The notes beneath the pieces are model-generated. The model did not search any database, had not been told where the DNA came from, and saw only the letters and a list, made by a program, of their open reading frames with translations. A DNA stretch of 61,892 nucleotides, filler included. It is 14 parts of 14 records of this genome, joined end to end, with 100 filler letters (N's around TTAATTAATTAA, not from the genome) between each part and the next. Parts side by side here need not be neighbours in the genome. Positions count along the whole stretch, not along the records: positions 48,267 to 51,471 come from SRR15195285_3500; positions 51,572 to 57,982 come from SRR15195285_3507; positions 58,083 to 61,892 come from SRR15195285_3511; 11 more parts are not named here. One strand, written 5' to 3'. Both the position numbers and the translations under genes were made by a program. Shown in pieces: positions 48,267 through 60,693 of this stretch (the first letter of the stretch is position 1; every line of letters begins with the position of its first letter).

Positions 48267-51249
48267 AGCTGTCGTCGTCCTTCGAGATCACCTGCGCGGA
48301 GAGCATTGGGGAGCCTCCCCAGCAGAATGCGTAAACACTGATTTGGCTTGCTATGTCAGCATCTGCTTGTGTCATGGTAGTGGTGTTCGTCGCGTGAACA
48401 AACAGGGGTTCCATCCAGCCCGGAATCTTGCACAGTGTCTGTGAGGCCCAGAAGTTAATTGTAAAACTTTTGTCGGATGTGTAGTCCGGCGCGACGACCT
48501 CAGCCCAATCACCGTCACCGTCGAAGTTGACGCCAAACTGGTTGTGATAGGTAGCGTCACCACGGAGAGTCACGTCGGCTGAAGCTTCCGTCAGGGGTTG
48601 CTCCAGTGAGCTTGCCGGTGGGGTGTCTGGACAAGATTGGAGCAGATCTGCGATCGAGAAAATACACATGGCATCATTCGCACTGATTGCTTGGTGGAAA
48701 ATCTGTGCCCAGGCCATCCGGCCGGTGTACCCAGCGCGAAAGCCGGAGCTGCTAAGGTCAACCCCTGATGCTCCCTGGATGTTGCCAAGCGAAGGATTCC
48801 CTGTTAGCGAAATTTGACCCAGACTGGTACTGAGAGAGGCCGGGTTGGGATACGCCGGATTCTCAATGCTCGCGCCGCCCTCCTGCGTCCAGCTTCGAGG
48901 GAAGCCAAACATAGTCTGCTCGACACCATCGGCGTAGACGCGGATAGAGTCAGGATCAACGCTCAGCGCCAGGTGGATCCAAGTGCCTTGGAGACCAGGT
49001 TCGCTGCCAGCACAACCGATTTGCCAGTCAAACTGCGGGTAGACTCCCGCGTCATCCTTAATGCGAATAGCAACGATGTCGCCACCTGCCGTGCTTCGAG
49101 AGCCCTGACTGGCGCAGCCGACTGCAAGGGATATCCCGCTGGTGGTCCCTCGTGCTGAGATGTATTCACACGCAGATGATCCATCTGCAGCTGGTACAGC
49201 AAGGCACGCATTCTCATCTGCCAGGTTGACGACGTCAGCACAGTTTTGAGCATTAACAGCCACGGACTCTGCGCCCTCATCCAAAGCCTCAACACACTGG
49301 GCGTCTCTAGGGTCCCAGAACATATCGAAGGGATCCGACTCGCTGCTGGTGTGCTGATACAGCATCTCCCAACGATCCTGGACGGCATTGCACACCTCCT
49401 TGGTGAACCAAAAGCTGAGTGCAAATCCTGCGCCTCCGGAACCCACTTGGTTGGTGCCGTACGCAGGAGAGTACGGGATCGAAACGCGATCGCCGTTTCC
49501 GTCGAAGTGTGTGCCAAAGCCTTCCACAACGTAAACATCCCCTTCCATATTTTCAGCTGTGAGTGTGGAGGAGCCGAGGGTGGCCCTAGCAGCCAAGTCG
49601 TACGAACCAGACCGAAGTGTAGACGAGTTTTGCAAGTCAGCAAGGTAGCTGATCATCTGCTCAGCTGTTGGGGCGTCGGAGCCGAAGCACTTGCCGTCAG
49701 CATCAATGAACACGTCCGCCAAGGCTGCAAAGAGTACGTGGGCATACAGTCAGCCGGTATCAAAACAAACGGCAGGCTAGCGAGAACGGCCAAGAAATGG
49801 ACAAGGAGCGTACGAGCCACGGGTGCGACGGTTCCGTCCGATTGACAGCCAAGCGTAGCAGCAGTTGGTAAATATGAGAATCCTTCAACGTCTGCGCAAC
49901 CATCTGCTGCCGCAGCAGCTGCTTCCTCTAGAGCAACCATGCAATTGCGGTCCGAACACACATCTTCCACGGATAGCTTCCCGTTGCAGGTATCCAAACG
50001 TTTTAAAGGAAGTGCACAGAGTACTGTGCATTATACAAAAACAAGTGCAGGGTGAGCCAAACACAGTGAAATCAACAGGGCATTGCCTCCGTTCTCCAAA
50101 CTTACCGCTATCGTCCAGCAATTCGATTGGAATTGCAACTGGGGTGTTTGTTGGTTCACCAAGTTCGGCAAATTTGCTGCCTTCTGTGGTGTACAGCGCA
50201 CTCTCCGGATCGTCAACCATGGCAGCCAGCTGTGTGAGCCTTTCAGCCGGGTCGAAGGCGAACTGCCCGTCGCCACCGTCGACTATCTGAAAGTTAGAGT
50301 CGGGCACAATCGCAAACTCAATGGTAATGCTCCCACCGGTAATGCTAATCACAATGATGTTCTCAGCGCTGATACCGAGCGCAGTAGACACATCGTCTGC
50401 GAAATCGCTCTCGAACCTGGCCCGGGTTCCTGTGCCCTCCGCACCGATGCTCTCGATGTCTACCGGAAATGTCAGCTCCGCAACGACCGCTACCGGCGGG
50501 TCGGATGGGTCGCAGTTCGGTTCCAGGCCACAGTACTCGTCGGCGCCGCAGAAGCTGCAGGCTGGCCTGTCTTCGCAGGTCGGTCCCATCCAGGTGTTTC
50601 CGTTCAGGTAAAGAGCGCCGCCTGAGCAAACACAGGCTGGCGGGTCTAGGCTGGTGTCGCAGGCACCGCCGTTGAAGCACATCAGACTTCCGCAGGCAAC
50701 CGGCGGTGGCGGTGGCGCTGGCGCTGGCGGTGGCGTCGGTGGCGCTGGCGGCGGCGGCGATGCCACCACCGCCGGCGGAGGCGGCGCGGGCTCATCTCCA
50801 CCAGAAGATACGCCAACTATCACACCGACGATAATGATGATCAATACTGCAACGCCCCCGATGATCATGGGCTGCGGCATACCAAGACAGCGAATGGGTG
50901 CAAGTTGTTTAGCGACAGAACTTGTGCTGAGTGTCGCAAAGTTGCGAGTGGTGGCGGGTTGAGCGTGCGGCAGCAAGCGCCACAGACACGTTCCAGCAAA
51001 GACCGCCGGGCTGAGCGCGCAAGTAGCAAGGTAGACAGCTAGGTGCTGTATAGAGTCGTCCGACGTGGGTGCGGCCGTAGCCCCGTCAGAGTGGGACACG
51101 TGCATTGCGAAGATATCGGTGGGAAGCTTTATCTGGTGTCTGCGTACCGTCTTGTTGGACGTTGCTGGCGCTGAGCTATTTTTGCTGTTGATCGGCCCGT
51201 CGTCATCGTCCCCATCCGCGATGGGGTTGTCAAATTTCATCGTAGCCAT
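48267..51249 (-). CDS. Type II membrane protein with Pro-rich stalk, EGF, SEA-like and tandem LamG/concanavalin-A-like domains (3' partial)
   Basis: TM IIGGVAVLIIIIVGVIVGV; EGF CFNGGACD...C.C...WMGPTC; DVSTALGISAENIIVISITGGSITIEF; repeated G(T/V)(H/N)FDG(N/D)GD; FALSFWF; WIHLALS...VYADG. Confidence 0.72.
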
Positions 51250-51571
51250 CTTGCTACGCCCCCGCCTGCCTTGGACACGCGCACTGCAGCGGCAGCGCTG
51301 CCGGAGTCGACGTGGCGCAGGTGCGAGGCGCGACTCCGACACGACTCCACGCTCTCACTGCGCCGCAATCGAATCAAGTCTGTATTGAACTGACTGTGTG
51401 GCTGTGAGAACCTCACAGTGAACTGGGCTCACCCTTTTTGCGATGGGAGAACAAGCGAGCCCCACGTTGCANNNNNNNNNNNNNNNNNNNNNNNNNNNNN
51501 NNNNNNNNNNNNNNNTTAATTAATTAANNNNNNNNNNNNNNNNNNNNNNNNNNNNNNNNNNNNNNNNNNNN

Positions 51572-54500
51572 AAGCAACAGCTGGCGCTGCGAGACGCGGC
51601 CGGCTCATTGCTCGCGACCTTTGGCAACAACGCGATCCTAGCACAACCTGCAATTGCTTTAATGAAGAAGCACTACGCTCACTTTGCCAAAAAGAAGCCG
51701 GAGTGGATGGCCATTAGATTGCACAAGTTCGACCTTGCGAACAAGGACGACTATTGCAACCTGCTACCAGTGATCATGAACCACGGCACGTTGATAACCT
51801 CGTTGCCAGAGATGCGAAAGTTTTTCGAGACATTCATCGCCAGGGTGTTCTCACTCCGTGGCAGGCGCGAGAACAAAAACGAGGGTACTGCCATAACGAT
51901 TGATCCAGACGCTTCTACAAGCGATATAACGATAAGCAAGGCCGTTCTCGAGTTTTGTTTACACACTTGCATTTCTCTTACGCAGTTGACTGAAGCGATG
52001 ACTGATGGTCATCCAGCTGAGGATGGTGGGGAACGTGGAAGGACACGAGGAGAAGTGTTTTGCAGTCGGTATGGAGAATTGATTCGCGACACTGTGCTAT
52101 CTGCTGGCAGCCCTTCCATTGGTCTCGAGAAGTACTTACAGATGCTATGCAACTGTTCGTTGGAGCACCCATACTTTTACGAAGTCATTGATGAAGTCAT
52201 CAAAGGGTGCGAAAATGAGCAGCGGAAGAGCGCCATTTTGGCTACAGTTGTCGACTTCTTCAATTCCGCACCTCATATTCCGCACCAGGCTTCTGCTGGA
52301 GCAAAACTACACAGCAACAAGCGCATGGCGCTTGTTGATACACTGGTACGGCGCTCGGTAGCTGGATCCACATCCGTGATATCATCGGGAGTGCTGCAAC
52401 AGGTGTTCATGGACTCGCTTGACATCCGCAGCAGCAGACTTTCCACAGTAGAAGCAGCTCTGAAAATAGTACCGTGGGTGCTTGGAGCTGATGAAGATGA
52501 GGTCACAGAAAACATCGTTCACAAGTTGCAGGACATATGCAGCGAGAAAATCACGTGTGTTTTGGATCCAAACGAGCTCCTGAGACCTGGCAAAGGCAAG
52601 GATCTTTCAGAGTGGGTGCAACTGCTGAAGCAAATGCTTGTAATGCTCACAATGTGCAACTCCATGCGAGTCGTACAGCTTTTTTATCCGTTGCTCGCGA
52701 TGCAGAACGATCATGTGCACAAGCGTGACATTTACAAGGCGTTTGAATGTTTTGCTGCCAACCACGCCTCTCCTGATCTTTTTTATGCATGCTGGAGAGA
52801 GACACGTGACCGTGAGCTATCGTTTTCGTTGCGGCAAGCTCTGATGGACTACATCTGTGTTCCAATGATTCAATTTATGGCTCCATCGTACTCTCGAACA
52901 GCTGTTGGAGGAGTGATGCGCGAGGTGACGGCTGCTGTAGAGCTGCGTCCGCCAATGACTTGTGCAAAGCTGGAAGAGACGGCGCTGGTATATTCTCTGC
53001 TGGAGGCGGCATATCGCAAATTGTCGGGCCATGTGATACACCCACCTCAGCACACTGGTGGCGAGGACAAGGCCTTCTACATACGAATCGTCAAAATCAC
53101 TACTGGTCTGTTTAAGAATGCGGTGGTTCAGCCGATGGAAGAGAATGAGGAGGCCTTTCGTGAAAGCCGCAAGCAGTATCATACACGGGCATTTAGACTG
53201 GCAGCGAATTGCCTTGTCAAAACACAGACGAAACGTCAATTGTTCGATCGCTTGCTGCTTAGATTTGACAAGGGTGGCGAGGACATATGGACTGCAGTTG
53301 TTGGTACGCAGGACGCTCCAGAACCGTTCACTGCCGAGAGTACGTTCACTACGCAGAATAGTGCTATAGGTCTGCTGCGCGAGCAGACTCGTGAGGAGAA
53401 AGAACTGACGATGCGGCAACCCGACCGCTATTCGTCACAATTTATTGAAGGGTCCAGCTTGGCCGTTGACGTTGGGTACACGATGCCAAGTATGAGCCAA
53501 AGTACGCAACAAGACCCGGATGATGCAATGGATACGGACGAGCTGGACTCTACAAACTCTCAGGCTGTAATCGGTTCGCAAATGCTATCGCCCACTCGAT
53601 CTGCCAAGCAGACGGTGCCAGTCGAAGCTGCTGAAGATGGCGGTGTCGTGACCAGCGTGAATCCAGATACAATGGTGGAGTTGGACCCCTTGAATCAGAA
53701 CCCTTGCATGGATGCAACAATGCGCCTGGTTCGCTTTCGCTTCCAGCTATCCAATGCCAATGATGAACACGACCCACCATGGATCGAGTCGTTGGAAGCA
53801 GGCGTAAACCAGTTAGTCCGGGAGATGCCGATCGACCGAATGGACCGCGGTGATGACAAGTGCGGTGGCAAAGGACTTGTGCTGCTGTACATGATAAAGA
53901 TCATCATGAACACGCCAAAGGAGTTTGCACCGTATGCTATGCGATTTCTCGATCCCATGGTAACTGTTGCGTGCAGAAACCACGCCAACGGTGGGAACGG
54001 CATTCACTACTTTGTACGAGACATTTGCACAACCCTGCTTCGATGGGTTGGCATGCACGATCCGAACACATTTCCTCCGATTGGTTTGGATGCGTCATCG
54101 GTGACCTGCATAGAACAAATCAGTGCGCTCGTTGCGCATCTCATCACTCATGTCCTGAGCCACCAGCTATCTCAGTCTACTTGGAAGAAAATCTTTCATG
54201 CGAACTTATCACTGATCCAGGATTTCGTTGAAACGTTTCAGCCGACGCGGCCATCTGAGCAGTATATCACTGTCCCAGCAGACACGTTTTATGGTTTGCT
54301 GGCTGCAGATGATGCGAGGTTTAAGGCCGGCGGTATCCAAGCTTTGTCACTGTGCCTGCAAAACAAAGTCAACATAATCGAGGGTCAGCACAGTCTGCAC
54401 CAGCTATATCCACTTATCCTCCCACTCCTTGGACACCGATCGAAGTCCGTGCAAGGTCCTGCCGCTGAGACTCTTGCTTATGCGTTGCGCCTGGGCGATG

Positions 54501-57500
54501 CAAACGATCCTAGAGGCATTGTGTTTGATACAGATAAAAGTTCACTGATGTACAAGGTCATGCATCAGGTTCGGCAGTTTTCTCAAGGTAAAAAAGCAGC
54601 CGATACCGACACGTTTGTCTATGCGCTGTACAAGATGTGCTCGGGTGGCAAAGTCAACAACGGGCAATTCAACGGGGCTCCCCACATCGCCAAACACTTT
54701 CATGCAATGGTAGTGCAAGTGTTGCCCAAGTTGCGTGGTGAATTTCTTACTCGTGGGATACAAATCTTAGTGTATATGGCCAACAATTGGCAAATCGAAA
54801 AAGAAAAAGAACGCAACCGTGATTTTGCGGAACAAAAAGCTAGCGACGCAGCGTTGAAAGTCTTGACACAGATTCGTCCGTATGTCAAAAACTTCATTCG
54901 ACAAAGACACCCAGGTGTTCAGCTCTCTGCGCTGCAGCTACTATCAGTACTTACACGCCAGCTGAGCCTCAACGACAGAGATATTCTGGATGCGCCGTGC
55001 CGAGACCAAATTGGACATTTCATGCCCACGCTGTGCGAGGTGTTCTTGACGCACAAGAAGGTGAAATGTAGAGAGCTGTTTTTTTCGATTGTGATTTGGG
55101 TATGGGAAAGCTTCGGCATGGATACCAAAGGCAATGCTGAACCCGATTGCAACACCGACATGTTAGGCACGGCTCGTGCGAACATGCAACGTGTTCTCAT
55201 TCGCGGCTTGGCCGATGAAGCTGAAGTCGTGCGCGCTTTGTTGTACAGCTTCTGGAATCACGCAGATCGCCTTGACGGAAATATGCACCGGGTTCCGCAG
55301 CTTCTGAGAACGGTGTATGATCCCGAAGTCGAGGAACAATGGACCGGCGTTGCGTGTGCCATGTTATTGCAACTCTGCGAACAGAGTGAGCACTGGAGAA
55401 GCCAACCATTCAGTGGACTAGTGTCAAATAGTGGGCAGAAGAAAGTGGATGTGCACAAGTGGTCAAGTACACCAAATCCTTTTACTACTCCTCTGTACTC
55501 GTCCTCTCAGTCCCTGCTCCCCACGGGCATGGTGGAGGCTACTCAGGACATGTCTGTGGACCTGTCCCAGACATTTGCGCGGCGGGATGCAAGTCAAACT
55601 ATGTCTGAACTCGCAGAAGCGACCGTCATGCAGGTTGTTGATCGCGAGAAGACCATTTCAAGACAATACAAGCGCGACCGAGACGGGTTCAAGATGCCGG
55701 CCCCGAGGGGCGTCATCGAAGACAGCATGGCTGCGGGTTATATTCGATTCCAAAAGCGTCGCGCGCAAGGTGGCAGCAGTTTTGTCATGAGAGCTGAAAA
55801 GAAGCGCAAACGCGAGGCGACGCGCATTCAGAGTGAACGTGGAAGCAAGAGGGTCCGCATGTTGCGACAGTATCGCGAGGGCGAGCGACCTGACTTTGGC
55901 GGTCTCTTTATGAAAGACATATTTGAGCCCTTGCGAGACTTGGCACTGAAGGATCGGCTATTTTCTCGACTACTCATGGATGCTCTATTTGCTGCTACAA
56001 CCAACCGGCAGTTTGTAGCAAAGAACTCCCCTGGACCCGTGGAGCGGCAAACATACACACAGAATGTTGTGTCTGGCCTGTGTTCCATGCTACAGGCGAC
56101 ACATGGCTCACCCACGATTGTGAGCTGGCTTCTCAGTGCGTTCGGGCGGTTGACCTGGAAAGAGCTGTCGACAAATGCGCAGGGGCTAACACCAAGTCAG
56201 ATTGTTGCTCGCATTGGTCAGCTCAGCCTTCAGAGCTCTTGTTACCACGGAGGGATCAAGGCACTAGAAGCACTGGAGTTGTCCGCACAATACGAGCAGA
56301 GCAAGCGCCGGAAGGGCTCGGGGCGGAGTGGAAGCAGCCTTGGTACTACGCCGGTAGCTACTAGCACGCTTGCAGCCATTGGTGCTGTAGACAGTACCCT
56401 TACTTCGTCTGCCGCTGCTCAGCGTCCTGACGAATCTTTTCGCCAGGAACTGCGCTTGCAGATTGGATGCATCTACCGAGCCCTCGGAGATGAAGACACC
56501 GCAATCACCATATGGAGTCAGAGTGCCCAAGCACACTCAGACTCTTCAAGTGGTACAAGCATCATGACTGAAGGATTGCACCTCGAAATTACGCAGAAAT
56601 ATGCCGATGCACAGACCAAGTATATGCAAGCAAAACAAGCTGGTGCAGACAAACGCATCTGTGATGATGGACTGTATGCATGCGCAGCCCGTTTGCAGGA
56701 CTGGGATGAAGTTACTGAGGTCGCAGGCCATGATCTGAGACAGAGTATCGCCATATCGACTGTGCAATTGTCGCGTTTTGACCGCGGTCAGTTGCTTGAT
56801 CGCTTCTTTAGAGGCTACATGAAAACAAGCATGGATTCACGAACAGATATTCAGTTTTTGCAAGACCCGGAGATCTCTAACTGTCTCGACACGATGCATC
56901 CCCTCTCAGCAGGCGCATTGGCGCTTTGTGCTGGTGATCTAGCCAAAGCGGAAGTCAGCGTTGACACACACTACAATCACTTCATTGCAGAATGGTCGAC
57001 ATATCACAAACTAGCGTGCAACGTAAGATCGACGAAGCTAAGAAGCTTGCAACGAGCTGTCGAGATGGAAGAAACGATGGACTGTCTCGCATCTCTCAAC
57101 CGGCTCGATGGTACCGAAGCTCGTGAGAACATCGGAACTTTACTCACATGCTGGCGATTGCGACCGCCTCTGCACTCGGCTGATACAGACGTTTGGGCAG
57201 ATCTACTGACTGGTCGTCAAACGAACCTACGTGCAGTCGAAAAGCGAATTCGAGATCGTGGGGCGACTGGTGGGTCTGATACTGAGTGGAACGCTGTTGT
57301 TGAGGATATTCGTGCTGCTGAGGATAGCTGGTGTCGCGAGATCGCAGACCTTGCAGCCGACCGTGCAGAAGCAGAGCTGTCCAACCGTCACCGCAAAGCA
57401 CTGGTGGACCGACCTGGGTCTGGTGCCAAGTTAATTGTAGCAACTTTGTTCGTCCGGGAGGAACAGCGCAACACAGCGCACACATACAACGAAAAGCTCG

Positions 57501-57982
57501 GCAAGTACAGCAAAGGCTTGGCTGCCATGATGAAACGATTTGACAGTCAGGATTTAGACTACGTGGCGTCACAAGGAAAAGCGTACCTGCTCAAGGCTGA
57601 ACTGTGTGCAGCGATGATGAAGACCATCTACCGGCTGCGCGAAGACGATCGCGACCGTAGTTGGATTGGTGGCGTAGAGTGGGCACCGGAGTGTGACAGG
57701 ACACACTCCGATGCAGACTGGCACATCCGCGAAGCTTGTGGCGCTTTCACCATCGCTGAAGACAAGCTGCCGCAGGAGACAACGCAGGCCGACCTCAGCC
57801 ACCTGCGCTGCACATATGCCCACTTCTGCCGGGAAGCATTGCCTCACGCACGGGATAAAGAATCCCTAGCGAAAACCATGGTTCAGCAGCTACTGCAAGC
57901 GATGGCGGGAGGCAGCAAAGCAGCGTGCATGAGCTTCCCAAGTGTTCTCAGTGTGCTGTCCGATCACCCATCAACATTGGCA
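51572..57982 (+). CDS. PRKDC: DNA-dependent protein kinase catalytic subunit, internal fragment (HEAT repeats to FAT; truncated at both ends)
   Basis: Segments matching remembered DNA-PKcs motifs: ELDPLNQNPCM, GIHYFVRDI, LYSFWNHADRL, YDPEVEEQW, RMLRQYREGERPD, PLRDLALKD..FSR. S/TQ clusters present; single uninterrupted frame. Confidence 0.88.
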
Positions 57983-58082
57983 NNNNNNNNNNNNNNNNNN
58001 NNNNNNNNNNNNNNNNNNNNNNNNNNTTAATTAATTAANNNNNNNNNNNNNNNNNNNNNNNNNNNNNNNNNNNNNNNNNNNN

Positions 58083-58117
58083 CGGGCATAAGGCCTTATG
58101 CCCGTTATCAGGCCCAC
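58083..58117. repeat. Second copy of the palindromic dispersed repeat, at a contig start
   Basis: Perfect 22-bp palindrome CGGGCATAAGGCCTTATGCCCG followed by TTATCAGGCC, similar to the reverse complement of 43171-43209. Confidence 0.7.
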
Positions 58118-58377
58118 AAGACCTATCTCGAAACCAGAAATGCTCCCTTTTATGGCGAGAATCCCAGGAAATTGCCACTAGAAGGCACGGAGGTGCGTGG
58201 AGTCAATCATGGGCAAACCCGCAATGCTGCCACCCCAGAGCAAGCTCCAATTCTTGCCTACAGCGCGTGGTGGTGGCGTGCGGTACGATTCGTGGTTTGG
58301 GTGATAATTATAGTGATTCGGCACGCCGCGATGGCGCGCCACATGATTGTGTCGATTGTGACTGACAGAATGCATAC

Positions 58378-59740
58378 CTAGCGCCCGACGGACACGGAGT
58401 CACGTCGGCTGTGGGCCGTGACACGGAAAGGGTCTTCGTAGCTGCCGAGGTTGGCATACCGATCTACTTGTGATCGTGGGCGCCCAACAGCTAGCTGAGT
58501 CAGCAGCTGTGCGGTTTGGGGCAGGCTGTACGCTCCATCAACGTATTTCGCTCGCATAGGGTGAATGCTTGTGTTCTCGTCGTTCCAGCGCCAAGCGTTG
58601 ATCCCCACCAATCTTGGTTCATTCTTGATCCAGTTTGAATAGCCACGTAGCTTTGATAGCGCCCGCTCGTCCTGGCTAGCCAAAGACCCCGATCGACTAA
58701 AGTTGACGTCGGCAAAGATGCCAGGAACAACCATCCCTTTCTGGTGTGGCGCCATGCGAGGCCACAGGTTGGTTGCGAAGAACTCTTGCACCACTGAGGC
58801 TTCCGCCGAGTCTGCGAGTGAGTACGTGCAGCTATCGCAAGCGTACCTGCGCACCCAGGTAAGGAGCCTTAGCATGAGTCGCACGCACCTGCTGCGATCT
58901 GATCCGAATTCATAACTAAGCCGGGACTCACAGATCCACACTGAGGATGTCCACTGCCTCAGGAACTTTTCCAAGCTGCGCCATCGGCGATGGCCTCCCA
59001 CACCCTGTTCCATTGTCCCAGCAACCACCCAGATTTCCGTACACCAAACCTCTGCCTCCGATACTGACCATCAATGCCTTAGCTTTTGTTGCCACGGCAG
59101 ACCAATTTTGCGGAGGAATTTTCACAGCTGACATCATTTCGTCGCCTAATGGTCCGTCGCATGCACAGGAACACATCCGTCAGCATCAGCGCCAGACTGC
59201 ACACAATATAGAACCAAGTCACCCGTCAGGGGACTGCAACTTAATATTACCCAAGAAAATCCCTTGTATAGTGCCGTTGCGTAGTGCTGGCCCAATGCGA
59301 CGAATTGTGGCCAGCAGCGCATCCTCCCAGCCCTCCAAGAGTCCACTTCTTCTGCCGGGCGGGGCATTGCGGCCACAGCCTCCTTGCTCGCACTTGATGT
59401 TCCAGATCTGTTGGCCTGAGGAGTTCTTGACCAGGCCCAGGTGCAAAAACGACTGCACTTTGACACCATTTGGGCGCTGCAGCAGGTGAGCTTGGACTGC
59501 GTCGGTCGGGTCTGTGCAAAAGCTCAGCGTCGCGAATTTCCTTAGCGCAGCCATCTCCCCGCTCGGCCACCAGGATGGGGTAGTCGGGCCGGAGAGGCAG
59601 GCCCCGAACGAGCCCACCATCCACAGGGGCGCGGCGGCGGCAACAGCAGCATGGCGGTCATTACTGCAGAGTGCGTGGGCTTGGCTCAGCAGTCCGAGCG
59701 TCGTCGTGAGCAATATGACCTTCGTGCTGCTGGGCACCAT
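58378..59740 (-). CDS. Secreted hypothetical protein, possibly a TIM-barrel glycoside-hydrolase-like enzyme, 3 exons
   Basis: Signal peptide MVPSSTKVILLTTTLGLLSQAHA; spliced IQGIFL|GDE, VDILSVDL|Y, MVVPGIF, EPRLVGINAWRW. Confidence 0.6.
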
Positions 59741-60200
59741 CCGTCGCGATCGATATCGATCGTGCGCGCGCGGGCCGCGCCACCGGCGCACGCGCGCCAC
59801 GGCGGGTCAATTCTGCACAAATAGCCTCAACAAAGGACATTCCTACTACGTACTAGATCTAGTAATCATGCATCGCAATCGCAAGTTTTGAATCAATCAC
59901 ATTGTATCATACAGGATTCCAATAGGCCGACTCATGACGTGTCGCTATCAAGTGCCGCTATCACGGTCTTGCAAGCTCCCCACGCCCCACATATATGTTG
60001 GCAGCAATAATAGCCCTGCACAGCGTTCCAGACCCCCGCGCACCCCAGGAAGATACGGTACGCACGCACGCAGCATGTCCTACGCGCTAGCGGAGCGGGG
60101 CCTGCTGTAGTCGTCAGGGGGGTGGGGGTGGGCACGTGCATGCAGGCGATTTTTGGCGTTTGAATCTGTGCGCGCCGCGCATAACTGCTAGGTGCGAGCA

Positions 60201-60530
60201 AGTACTACACCCGACTGGACTAAATTGGACTAGACTGGACTACAGTAGACTGGACTAACTGGACTAGCTAGACTGGACTGGATTGCTATACTAGCTAGTA
60301 CGGGTAGTAGCCCTAGTACAGTGTACCGGTGCTGCAGTACTACGGTACTACAGCTGTACTGCACGCTGCGCAGTACTACTGCAGCAGTACTCCCCAGTGT
60401 GTGTGATTGGAGTACCCATGGCCATTATCATTCACCGCTAAACACATACCGTACCGGTACCAGTACCATTCGAATATCAATGGTACAGTACCAAGGTACT
60501 TGATCAAGAAGTACTATATCTAGTACCGGG
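60201..60530. promoter_or_regulatory. Palindrome- and GACTG/GACTA-repeat-rich tract between divergent genes
   Basis: Tandem GACTG/GACTA units at 60213-60282, many GTAC/CTAG/TGCA words, GTACCGGTAC and ATTCGAAT. The regulatory role is inferred. Confidence 0.4.
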
Positions 60531-60693
60531 ATCACGAAAAATAGGATGTTTACATTTTAGTTACTCGCCGGCGCTAGCCTGGCCAGGGCACCGGCGGCGT
60601 GCACGGCCTGCGCCGCCGGTTCGTCGCCGTCCGACGCGCGGCGCGCGCGCGCGCGATCCGCGCCAGCAACGGCGAGCGCACCACGCTGGCAGC

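Noticed and set aside
51402-51463. Two small hairpins (CTGTGAG-AAC-CTCACAG; GGGCTC...GAGCCC)
   Set aside because: Short stems are expected by chance, the region is next to a contig end, and no tRNA or other RNA signature is present.
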